Positions 20,380 through 28,875 of a stretch of DNA of 64,000 nucleotides are shown here, in pieces; the stretch's first letter is position 1; each line of letters opens with the position of its first letter. Origin of the DNA: Patescibacteria group bacterium. GTDB lineage: Bacteria > Patescibacteriota > Patescibacteriia > Patescibacteriales > UBA12465. The stretch is from contig JBAZKQ010000001.1 in assembly GCA_041650715.1 (NCBI GenBank), forward strand, positions 587,146-651,145. The letters run 5' to 3'. Under the pieces are notes generated by a model. It saw only the letters and a program-made list of their open reading frames with translations. It was not told the origin of the DNA and ran no database searches. A program made the position numbers and the translations under genes.

Positions 20380-21258
20380 TTAGGAAAGAATTATTACTTT
20401 CGCTAAATCGGCTTCCATGCTTTTCAGGCCGGCATAAGTCAGTTTATCCATCATCGCTCCGTCGAAGCAAATGGTTTTAATGGCGCGATAATATTTCTTT
20501 GACCAGGTAGTCCAAGTATAGGCCGAATGAAAAGACACGTTTTTAAGAGTTGCGCCCCTGAACGTGGCTTCATTGAGCGAGCACATATCGAATTTAACGT
20601 CGACGAAACTTAAGCCGTCGAGGCATTTCCCCCGCAGATCGGTATACTTAAAATTTACGGCGTCAAATGAGCAATTTTCCAAAACCGTTTTTCTCAGGTC
20701 GAGCATATTAAGTTTAAGATCACTAAATTTTACATCAATAAATTTCGCCCGAGCCAGCTCAGACACGCTAAATTCGGTGCGTACCAAAATAGCCTTATTA
20801 AAACTTGCCCCCGACAAATCAAGCGTAGTTAAGACACAGTCCGTTAAATTAGCGCCGTCGAAATTGGCCTCGCGCAGGTCGCTGGCTTTGAAAGAGCTGC
20901 CGCTTAAATCCGCGCCCGAAAAATTTGATCCGCGTAGCGCGCTCGCTTCGAATTTTCCTTTATGCGCGCTCACTCCCGCAAAGTCGCTCTTCACCAAATT
21001 ACCACCGCTAAAATTTATTAATAGATGCCGCTCAAGTGAGCGCGTAAGCCCAGCGGATTCCCGCACCGTCTCTTCGATATTGCCGATACTATCGATAGTG
21101 AGTTCAAAAGCCGTTTCTTCATCCTGGCCGGCAGCCACAAGTTCACGGAAACGTTCCTGCAAGTCGGAAAGTAAATCAGCCTTTAATTCGGCGACGCTTT
21201 TTACGCCGTCATAGGGAGCAAAGATTCCCTGTAAATAATCATTTAATTTCTCATTCAT
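20380..21258 (-). CDS. Pentapeptide-repeat protein with N-terminal helical (anti-sigma/permease-prefix-like) domain
   Basis: ELKADLLSDLQERF...IDSIG N-domain typical of PadR partners; A(D/N)L/F-xx repeats. Confidence 0.85.
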   Translation of the reverse strand: MNEKLNDYLQGIFAPYDGVKSVAELKADLLSDLQERFRELVAAGQDEETAFELTIDSIGNIEETVRESAGLTRSLERHLLINFSGGNLVKSDFAGVSAHKGKFEASALRGSNFSGADLSGSSFKASDLREANFDGANLTDCVLTTLDLSGASFNKAILVRTEFSVSELARAKFIDVKFSDLKLNMLDLRKTVLENCSFDAVNFKYTDLRGKCLDGLSFVDVKFDMCSLNEATFRGATLKNVSFHSAYTWTTWSKKYYRAIKTICFDGAMMDKLTYAGLKSMEADLAKVIILS

Positions 21259-21273
21259 ATAATTTAAATTAAT

Positions 21274-21603
21274 TTATAATAAGTTATCAAGTACGCGCTT
21301 GGCGTACTGCCAATTGCTTTTATTGCGGGCATAGGTCGCCTTGCCCCGGGCGGTAATCCGAAAATACTTACGCCGTCCGCCCTGCGATTCATCGCCCCAA
21401 TACCATTCGATATTCCCTTCTATTTCCAGGCGCCGGACGCTGGAGTACATCGTGGCCTCTTTCAACTCATACTTGCCGCCCGAACGCTCGGCTATCAGCT
21501 TAACAATCTCGTAGCCATAGCGGTCAGCTTCCGACAAAAGACCTAAAATCATCGTATCGGTATGACCGCGCAAGAGGTCGGATGTAATTTTGTTTTCACT
21601 CAT
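21274..21603 (-). CDS. PadR family transcriptional regulator
   Basis: ILGLL...YGYEI...EATMYSSVRRLE...RRKYFRIT; start moved to 21603 (or 21627) because a consensus promoter lies within the longer ORF's 5' extension. Confidence 0.9.
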   Translation of the reverse strand: MSENKITSDLLRGHTDTMILGLLSEADRYGYEIVKLIAERSGGKYELKEATMYSSVRRLEIEGNIEWYWGDESQGGRRKYFRITARGKATYARNKSNWQYAKRVLDNLL

Positions 21604-21633
21604 ATAATTTTTGTTTATTAGCTTCATGTTTCT

Positions 21634-21662
21634 ATTGTACGTCATACTACTGTGCTTGTCAA
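21634..21662 (-). promoter_or_regulatory. Sigma70 promoter of PadR gene
   Basis: TTGACA-17-TACAAT on the minus strand. Confidence 0.7.
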
Positions 21663-21769
21663 GGTAGTGGGGATAAATTAATAACACGGACTAATAATTA
21701 ATGAAAAATTTGACAAAAAATCATTATTCGTTATAGTATTGACGCAGAACTTTTAAAAAAACATATCCC

Positions 21770-22315
21770 ATGAAAAAAACTTTATGCCTTTTTTTATTGC
21801 TCGCAGCGATTGCCGGCTCGACCTTCGCCCAGTCAACCAGCGGCGAATGGCAATTACAGAATCCTTTCCTACCGTCTCTCAGCCTTTTAATGGGATTTGG
21901 CAATGAAAATTTTATTATTATGACGCTTGATCTCGCAAACAATTCGACAGGGATGTCTTCAGGCAAATGCCGAATTGAAGGCAGCCAAGTAACCTTTACG
22001 CCGACGAATGGGTCGCCCGAAGCATTTACTCTTACCTGGCTCAACCGGAACAAATTTAGCTTGGCCAATTCTGAACAAACTCTAATATTTGCCAAGTACC
22101 AATCATCCGAGGATAATTTTTTACAAAATTATAATAACAGACCAAAATATTATAATAGTAATGAAATTTGCCATGCCTGCAAAGGAACGGGGATATGTAA
22201 GGTCTGTGCCGGAACCGGTGAAGTCCATAACAAATATAACCCTCTGTGCCCATCATGTCTCGGTTCGGGATTATGCAAGTTCTGCGACGGGACGGGTAAA
22301 TTTATTCCTAAATAA
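21770..22315 (+). CDS. Secreted protein with C-terminal DnaJ-type zinc finger
   Basis: Signal peptide (AGSTFA-Q); four CxxCxGxG repeats; TTGACA-16-TATAGT at 21710-21737. Confidence 0.7.
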   Translation: MKKTLCLFLLLAAIAGSTFAQSTSGEWQLQNPFLPSLSLLMGFGNENFIIMTLDLANNSTGMSSGKCRIEGSQVTFTPTNGSPEAFTLTWLNRNKFSLANSEQTLIFAKYQSSEDNFLQNYNNRPKYYNSNEICHACKGTGICKVCAGTGEVHNKYNPLCPSCLGSGLCKFCDGTGKFIPK

Positions 22316-22338
22316 TCTTCAAAGCCATTTAAAAAGCC

Positions 22339-22366
22339 ACCGGATATACCAAATATCCGGTTTTTT
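22339..22366 (+). terminator. Intrinsic terminator
   Basis: ACCGGATAT-accaa-ATATCCGGT followed by a T-tract. Confidence 0.7.
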
Positions 22367-22481
22367 ATTAATAATTATTTTGTCGATTATAGCCGCAAAG
22401 GCATCTTTGCCTTTTGCTACCTTGTATAAAAAGGTAGTATGTGATATATTAGTATTAAGATAAATTAAACATGGGAAAAAT

Positions 22482-22823
22482 ATGGAAGAAGAATATAAAA
22501 AATCATTGGAAAATGCCGCGGCCCAAATGCGCAAAGGCGTTTTAGAGTTTGCGATTCTACTGGTAATTGCCAAAAAGAAAACTTATGCTAACGAAATTAT
22601 TTCCCAATTAAAAGACGCGAAGCTTACCGTTGTCGAAGGTACGGTTTATCCCCTGCTCTCCCGGCTCAGAAACGCCGGATTATTAGACTACGACTGGGAA
22701 GAATCGAAATCGGGACCACCGCGAAAATATTATACTCTCACGGAAAAAGGCAAACAGTTTTTAAAAGGCTGCGAAGAACAATGGAAAAGTTTAACCCTCG
22801 CCATCATTAATTTAAAAAAATAA
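22482..22823 (+). CDS. PadR family transcriptional regulator
   Basis: QMRKGVLE...VEGTVYPLLSRL...GPPRKYYTLT. Confidence 0.93.
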   Translation: MEEEYKKSLENAAAQMRKGVLEFAILLVIAKKKTYANEIISQLKDAKLTVVEGTVYPLLSRLRNAGLLDYDWEESKSGPPRKYYTLTEKGKQFLKGCEEQWKSLTLAIINLKK

Positions 22824-22827
22824 TTAT

Positions 22828-24867
22828 ATGGAAAAGACAATCTCAATAAATTTAAATAATCAAAATTTTCAAATCGAGGAAGAAGCTTACGAAAAACTGG
22901 CCCTCTATTTAGAAAGTATTAAACGCCACTGCGGCGCCGGCGCCGATTCCGCCGAAGTCATTTCTGATATTGAAAATAGCATCGCGGAAAAACTCAAATT
23001 AACTTTAAATTCTTATAAAGAAGTCATTACTATAGCGGATGTCGAGTCGCTAATTAAAATAATGGGGACGGTTGAAGATTTTGACCGTGAAGTCGGCAAT
23101 CCGAATCCTGAAGACTTGCAAAGTCCGGAAGACGAAAATGACAAAAGATTAAAACGCAAACTTTATCGCGATACTGATAACGCAGTCATCGGCGGCGTCG
23201 CAGCCGGCCTTGGCAATTACTTTAATATTGATCCCGTTCTTTTTCGAATTATTTTCTGCGCTCTAATATTTGCCGGCGGTAGCGCCGTGCCGATTTATAT
23301 CATATTATGGATAGTTATGCCGGAAGCTAAAAGCGCCCACCAAAAATTAGAGATGCAGGGACAAGCTCCGACCATAGCCGCCTTTAAAAACTTAGTCAAA
23401 ACCGGAAATAAAATAAAAGCCAATTGGAAAAACCGTTGGGAAAAACGCTCACCCTTAGGAAAAATTATTAGCCTGCCGCTTCTAATCATTAACGGAATAT
23501 TTCTCGCCCTGAAGAAAGTTTGGGAGGCTCTCTGGCCGATAATTGGAATGTTTTTCGGCTTACTTTTAATTTTGGTGGCCTTATCAGTTTTAGTTGGGGT
23601 TGGCATCGGCAGTTTATATTTACTCTTGCAAGCCCAATCCAATTATAGTTTTAATTTTATCCCCGTACGTGAATTAAGCGCGTCCATCCCTTTGGTTTGG
23701 CTGCTAATCACCGGTTTCTTATCGTTAGCCCTGCCGTCCTTTTTGGCAATTATCGGCGGCTTGGCAATAATCCAAAGGAAAAAATTAATCAGCTTCCAGT
23801 TGGCCGCTCTTATTTTCGGACTCTGGATTATCGCCGGCATCGCTTTTAGCGCCTTGGGTTTACGCTACGTGCCGGAATTAAAATATAAAGTAGATAATTA
23901 TCCCAGCCTTCAACAAACTACTAAAACTATTGATTTGGAAAACTTTAGCAATCTCAACGCGCGTGGCAATTCTCTTAAAGTCGTTATTAAGCCGGGCACC
24001 GGTACGAGCAGCCGCGCAGTGATAAGCGGACGCGCGGTCGATTTAGCTCAGATTGCTTTGCAGAAAAATAGTATTGATTTAAATATCGATGAAAATAGGA
24101 CCAACCGAGCCTACTGTCTTGGTTGCAACCTTGAGCAAGTTATTGTCAGAATATACGCGCCGGCTTTAAAAAGTCTGGATGTCAAAGCGGCTGATATCGA
24201 AATCTCATCCGAATTTAAACAAGCTCTTAAAATTACCGCATCGGGTACTTCAGTCATTAATTGGTCAGACGCAGCCGCTCCGAGTTTAGAGGCTAATCTA
24301 ACTGGTTATGCTGACTTATCAGTTGATGGCCGTATCGCCAGCACGAGCTTAATTATAAATAATGCCAATGCTCATTTTACTGATTTTAGTGGCAGTTCGC
24401 TTAGTTTAAGTATGAAAGGCGAGGCTAGTAAAACTGATTGGAAAGGCAAAGTCGATAATTTTAATATCAGTAGCGTTAAAGGAGAGGATTCGGACGGCTC
24501 GGTAGATGCTTCCGCCTTAACAGTCAAAAAAATGATAATCGATTCTCAGGGCGCTTTGATAATAGTGAGCGGCCCGAGTTCTGAAATCCAAACTAATTTA
24601 TCCGATAATTCCCGTCTCTATTATACTAAAGGAACTAAAATTAGCGGTGATCAAAAAAATAAGCCGCTTGTGCAATATATAAAGGTTAGCGCCGCGGAAT
24701 ATAATGACGCGGAAGACAATTATGACGATTCGCTGGGCCTTATTATAAATAGTGATAGCAGTTTAATTTCTGCAAGCAACGGTAAATATTTCCGTCTTCT
24801 CAAGGGAGAATTACCCAATACGCTTTTCCAAACCATAAGCGTTGATTTCAAGCGTTGGGTTGATTAA
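22828..24867 (+). CDS. PspC-domain membrane protein with C-terminal beta-solenoid (DUF2807/GIN-like) domain
   Basis: MEKTISINL N-domain, LYRDTDNAVIGGVAAGLGNYF...IYIILWIVMPEA PspC motif, TM bundle, beta-rich tail. Confidence 0.85.
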   Translation: MEKTISINLNNQNFQIEEEAYEKLALYLESIKRHCGAGADSAEVISDIENSIAEKLKLTLNSYKEVITIADVESLIKIMGTVEDFDREVGNPNPEDLQSPEDENDKRLKRKLYRDTDNAVIGGVAAGLGNYFNIDPVLFRIIFCALIFAGGSAVPIYIILWIVMPEAKSAHQKLEMQGQAPTIAAFKNLVKTGNKIKANWKNRWEKRSPLGKIISLPLLIINGIFLALKKVWEALWPIIGMFFGLLLILVALSVLVGVGIGSLYLLLQAQSNYSFNFIPVRELSASIPLVWLLITGFLSLALPSFLAIIGGLAIIQRKKLISFQLAALIFGLWIIAGIAFSALGLRYVPELKYKVDNYPSLQQTTKTIDLENFSNLNARGNSLKVVIKPGTGTSSRAVISGRAVDLAQIALQKNSIDLNIDENRTNRAYCLGCNLEQVIVRIYAPALKSLDVKAADIEISSEFKQALKITASGTSVINWSDAAAPSLEANLTGYADLSVDGRIASTSLIINNANAHFTDFSGSSLSLSMKGEASKTDWKGKVDNFNISSVKGEDSDGSVDASALTVKKMIIDSQGALIIVSGPSSEIQTNLSDNSRLYYTKGTKISGDQKNKPLVQYIKVSAAEYNDAEDNYDDSLGLIINSDSSLISASNGKYFRLLKGELPNTLFQTISVDFKRWVD

Positions 24868-24964
24868 TGTAGCTGCTAATATCTAAGAAGAAAGATTGAT
24901 CCTATCTGCTTATTCTGATATAATATATTTGCAGACTTTAGGTCTGCCTGATTTTATTCAAATT

Positions 24965-24985
24965 CCGCCTTCCGGGCGGTTTTTT
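24965..24985 (+). terminator. Intrinsic terminator
   Basis: CCGCC...GGCGG hairpin plus T-tract. Confidence 0.7.
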
Positions 24986-25045
24986 GATATCTTTGGTAAT
25001 TTCTTTTTTGAATTTCATATTATAAAATCCTATCTTAACTCTTAA

Positions 25046-25384
25046 ATCCGTTAACTTATTTCTTATCTCCTAGCCCATCGTTCTTTGCTGAATCCACTGT
25101 TGGCTTCGGCCCATCTTTTGCCAATAAGCTCTCGACCGATTTAGGGCTTTTTCCGGGTCAGCTATTTCCTGAACTCTTTCATAACCGACTTTTGCCAGCC
25201 AAAGTTTGAAAGGCTCGGCTTTAGGCGACGGAATAGATTGAATCAAACGAAAAATAGTTTCGACATCCCCAGCGTCACTCAAATAATATTTACCGTCTTT
25301 AGCTAAAAATTTCAGTTGGTTACAATTTGTAACCGACTGACTGCCCTCTTCTTTTAAGCGACTCTTTATAACTTTCCAATTTTT
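25046..25384 (-). pseudogene. Bro-N/antirepressor-like gene fragment
   Basis: Frame reads NWKVIKSRLKEEGSQSVTNCNQLK...FRLIQSIPSPKAEPFKLWLAKVGYER...TMG*EIRNKLTD; no start codon after upstream TAA; in-frame TAG at 25072-25070. Confidence 0.75.
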
Positions 25385-25611
25385 AAAATTGATTTACACT
25401 TATATTATAGCAAAAACACCCTTAAATTCCCATAAAATTTTGATAAAATTAAAATGAAATTAATAAAAATAAAAAACATTTAACGTTAGCACCTCAATGA
25501 ATTTTTAAGCCGGGGAAAGTCATCTTAATCTAAGCGACAGAAAATTGGATATTTTTATTTTAAAAAAATATATAAAAATTGCCGATTCGAGCCTTCTTTT
25601 TGAATATGCAA

Positions 25612-25633
25612 AAAACACCCAAACGGGTGTTTT
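25612..25633 (-). terminator. Terminator after tRNA-Ser(GGA)
   Basis: AAAACACCC-aaac-GGGTGTTTT. Confidence 0.7.
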
Positions 25634-25643
25634 ATTTTGTACG

Positions 25644-25728
25644 CGGAGAGACAGGGATTCGAACCCTGGGTACCTTGCGGTACACAGACTTTCCAGGTCT
25701 GCCGATTAAACCACTCTCGCACCTCTCC
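25644..25728 (-). tRNA. tRNA-Ser (anticodon GGA)
   Basis: GGAGAGG acceptor, CAGAC-CTGGAAA-GTCTG anticodon arm, GTACC-GCAA-GGTAC variable arm, GGTTCGAATCCC. Confidence 0.95.
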
Positions 25729-26377
25729 ATTCTTTATATATATTAGTAATTCGTGGATTTGATGACCCAAAAATACTCAAATATTTAATTATCGATTCTT
25801 CCTTATACAAATTTATCTGGTTTTCTTTTTTGTTAATATGCGGTTCTATGGCGAACTTACGAAAAATATCCGAAACCGAATGTATAATATTTTTTGAAAA
25901 ACTAACAAAACAAAAACCGATATTTTTATAAGTAACCCCGCCAACTATATGGTGATGAACATACAAACAACCATCCGTATCGACAAGACCTCTCACAAAT
26001 AGTTTTTCATACTTGTCATTTCTCCGTATCCAATCTGGAATATCAAAATTTTTTTTAATTTTATTACCTCTCACTGCGCCCTTCTTGACCAAAAAATCCA
26101 CCAATGACATGCTTGTTGATATCAACTGCAAAGCCCTTTCACCTCTTTTTCTAAACACTATATCTAAGCCAAAGAGCTTATTTATCATTTTTTCTATATA
26201 CAAAGCATATTCCGCATCCTTATCGGCATTTAAAGTAATAATCATCTGCCAAGGATTACCGATTCCTCCATCGCCAAACTCCGCTCCCATTAATTCAGCT
26301 AAACGGGCCGATTCTCGAGGGAGCTTAATAAGCTTCCGATGACTCTTTTTCGGATATTTTAGAAGAACCTTATCCAT
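25706..26377 (-). CDS. Free-standing double-motif LAGLIDADG endonuclease-like protein
   Basis: LAELMGAEFGDGG and FVRGLVDTDGC motifs; no intein splicing motifs. Confidence 0.85.
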   Translation of the reverse strand: MDKVLLKYPKKSHRKLIKLPRESARLAELMGAEFGDGGIGNPWQMIITLNADKDAEYALYIEKMINKLFGLDIVFRKRGERALQLISTSMSLVDFLVKKGAVRGNKIKKNFDIPDWIRRNDKYEKLFVRGLVDTDGCLYVHHHIVGGVTYKNIGFCFVSFSKNIIHSVSDIFRKFAIEPHINKKENQINLYKEESIIKYLSIFGSSNPRITNIYKEWRGARVV

Positions 26378-26383
26378 TTTCGT

Positions 26384-27100
26384 TTATTGTAATTTCTTTT
26401 CAACAACCGTCTTCATGCCCTCGATATTATCGCCATTAGAATCGACATAATCCTCGTATGGCCGGGCGCCCAGAATCATCTCATCACCGATAAAGATTGT
26501 CGGTGCGCCTTGAACATTATATGTTTCGGCTTCGGCGCTTAGCCCCTCTATTTTTGCGGATTTCTCGTTATTAGTCAAGCAAGCAGTAAAAGTATTCTGA
26601 TCTAAACCGATTTCAGTCGCATAGGCGCCGAATTCGGCTTCATTTACATTACTATTTTTTGCCTTGGCAAATAAAAGCGCTCTCATCGCGGTCCATTTTC
26701 CCTGATCGCCGGCGCATTCAATAGCCAAAGCACTTTCGGCCGCTAAATTATTTTTCTTCGCCACAAAGGGGCGCACAATGATCGCCAATTTATCCGGAAA
26801 ATCAACATTAAGTTTATCAAGCGTATCGGCCAGTTGCGCGCTATAAAGGCTGGAATTATCTTCGTAAACAAAGATTTTGAGCGCTGCGTTTTTATCGCCA
26901 AAGATCATATCGTCCTTTTTAAACGCCGGCACCTTTGAGGTGCTATAACTTTGTGCCTGGGCGGAACCACCCGCTAAATTTTCCAATTTATTAGCATCGG
27001 AGTTAAGGCTGACATGCTTAGGACGGAGAAAAATTATCAGTAAAATAATAACTAACAAAATAATCAGCGCGGGGATGATAAATTTTTTAAATTTTTTCAT
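26384..27100 (-). CDS. DsbA/thioredoxin-fold membrane-anchored protein lacking CxxC
   Basis: GDKNAALKIFVYED, AIECAGDQGKW, VQGAPTIFI; SLYS where CPYC is expected. Confidence 0.8.
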   Translation of the reverse strand: MKKFKKFIIPALIILLVIILLIIFLRPKHVSLNSDANKLENLAGGSAQAQSYSTSKVPAFKKDDMIFGDKNAALKIFVYEDNSSLYSAQLADTLDKLNVDFPDKLAIIVRPFVAKKNNLAAESALAIECAGDQGKWTAMRALLFAKAKNSNVNEAEFGAYATEIGLDQNTFTACLTNNEKSAKIEGLSAEAETYNVQGAPTIFIGDEMILGARPYEDYVDSNGDNIEGMKTVVEKKLQ

Positions 27101-27127
27101 ATTATTTTATTTCTATTTTAATTTTTT

Positions 27128-28588
27128 TTATTTTTCCAAAACGCCAATCACTTTAAATAATTTCCCCTCCTCAAGACGCGGTGCGATAAATTGCGCGCCA
27201 ACCGGCATCAAATTTCCCTCCTCGGTTTTAACCAAACCAGCCGGAATAGACATCGCCGGAAGCCCGGCGAGCGAAGCCCCAGTCACAAAAATATCTTCCA
27301 TATACATCGCTAAAGGATCATTAACCTGCTCGCCGATTTTAAAGGCGGGGTGCGGTGAGGTTGGCGTCAATAAGATATCAACTTCCGAAAATACTTTGGT
27401 AAAATCATTAATAATCAAAGTGCGCACGGCCTGTGCTTTTTTATAATAAGCATCATAATAGCCGGCACTCAGCGCGTAAGTCCCGAGCAGAATCCGGCGC
27501 TTCACTTCCGGCCCGAAGCCGAAGCCGCGATTCGTTTTATAAAATTCCTGTAAATTGGCCGTTTCATTTTTGGCGAGCCCCCAGCCGATACCGTCAAAGC
27601 GCGCCAAATTAGAACTAATTTCCGACGGCGTAATTAAATAATAAACCGGGATACCGTATTCAGTATAAGGCAGGCTCACGATTTTTAATTCCGCTCCGGC
27701 CGCTTTTAATTTCGCGCTCATTTCTTCGAGGCGCAGAGCGATGCCGGGATTAAGTTCAGACAAATAATATTCTTTCGGTAAACCGATTTTTATTCCTTTG
27801 AGCGCTTGACCCTCTTTCCCGCTCTTCGCATCGGTTATTTCTTTTTCATAAGCCATAATCGCTTCCGGCGCGCTCGTCGCGTCGCGATCATCCCGACCGG
27901 CGATTGTCTTTAAAATTAAAGCCGCGTCATAGGCCGATTTAGCGAGGGGCCCAATCACATCAGTCGAAGAGGTCATAGAGAGCAATCCGAAGCGTGAAAC
28001 GCGCCCATAGCTCGGTTTTAGGCCATATAAGCCACAGAAACTGGCGGGCTGTCTAATTGAGCCGCCTGTGTCCGTGCCAAGAGCAAAAATACACATATTG
28101 GCTGCCACGGCCGCTGCCGAGCCACCCGAAGAACCGCCCGGAACCCGGGTCAAATCAAGCGGGTTTTTCGTGACTCCGTAAGCGGAGTTTTCCGTCGAAG
28201 CGCCGTGGGCGAATTCGTCCAAATTTGTTTTTCCGAGCAAGACCGCGCCGGCCTCTTTTAATTTTTTTATAACCGTCGCGTCATAGGGCGCAATATAATT
28301 TTCTAAAATCTTGGAAGCGGCTGTTGTCCGGATTCCCTTGGTCATGATGATGTCTTTACATAAATACGGAATACCGAGCAAGTCGCCATCTTCCCCGTCT
28401 TTAATTCTTTTATCCGCCGCCCGCGCTTCGCTCCGGGCTTCGCTCTCGCAAATCGTCAAAACGGCATTTAATTCCGGATTAAGTTTATTTATAACCGCGA
28501 GACAGGCGTCCGTTAGTTCTAAAGACGTAATTTCGCCGGCGTCTAATTTCGCGCGCGCTTCTTTAATTGTAAGTTCATTTAAAATCAT
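27128..28588 (-). CDS. gatA: Asp/Glu-tRNA amidotransferase subunit A
   Basis: GGSSGGSAAAV, GTDTGGSIRQPA, EVKRRILLGTYALSAGYYDAYY. Confidence 0.97.
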   Translation of the reverse strand: MILNELTIKEARAKLDAGEITSLELTDACLAVINKLNPELNAVLTICESEARSEARAADKRIKDGEDGDLLGIPYLCKDIIMTKGIRTTAASKILENYIAPYDATVIKKLKEAGAVLLGKTNLDEFAHGASTENSAYGVTKNPLDLTRVPGGSSGGSAAAVAANMCIFALGTDTGGSIRQPASFCGLYGLKPSYGRVSRFGLLSMTSSTDVIGPLAKSAYDAALILKTIAGRDDRDATSAPEAIMAYEKEITDAKSGKEGQALKGIKIGLPKEYYLSELNPGIALRLEEMSAKLKAAGAELKIVSLPYTEYGIPVYYLITPSEISSNLARFDGIGWGLAKNETANLQEFYKTNRGFGFGPEVKRRILLGTYALSAGYYDAYYKKAQAVRTLIINDFTKVFSEVDILLTPTSPHPAFKIGEQVNDPLAMYMEDIFVTGASLAGLPAMSIPAGLVKTEEGNLMPVGAQFIAPRLEEGKLFKVIGVLEK

Positions 28589-28872
28589 AAAACTCTTTTT
28601 ACCTTTACTTGTCCGTTTTCAAGCTCGCCTTGCGCGAGGGCGGCGGCAACTTCTTCCCTATCCCAATCTTTAACGTCATCGCTGCGCATCACATCGCTCA
28701 GTCCGCTCACCTGCGCCGTCGGCTCAATATTTTTCGTGTTTACTTTATTTAATTTTTCAATATATTGCAAAATTGATCCGAGCTGTTCGCCGAATTTCGT
28801 TTCTTCCGTCGCGCTCAACTTTAAACGGGAGAGCTCGGCGATATGTTTGATGTCTGCCTGATTTATGGACAT
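28585..28872 (-). CDS. gatC: Asp/Glu-tRNA amidotransferase subunit C
   Basis: IKHIAELSRL...VNTKNIEPT...MRSD; overlaps the gatA start. Confidence 0.95.
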   Translation of the reverse strand: MSINQADIKHIAELSRLKLSATEETKFGEQLGSILQYIEKLNKVNTKNIEPTAQVSGLSDVMRSDDVKDWDREEVAAALAQGELENGQVKVKRVL

Positions 28873-28875
28873 ATA

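Noticed and set aside
20564-21214. 216-aa plus-strand ORF
   Set aside because: Antisense shadow of the pentapeptide-repeat gene; the same applies to most short opposite-strand ORFs in the track
25070-25072. Stop-codon recoding at the in-frame TAG
   Set aside because: The gene is also truncated at both ends and other genes in the window end normally at TAG and TGA, so decay is simpler
25706-26377. Intein or tRNA-intron-encoded endonuclease
   Set aside because: No splicing motifs or host extein, and the tRNA is uninterrupted
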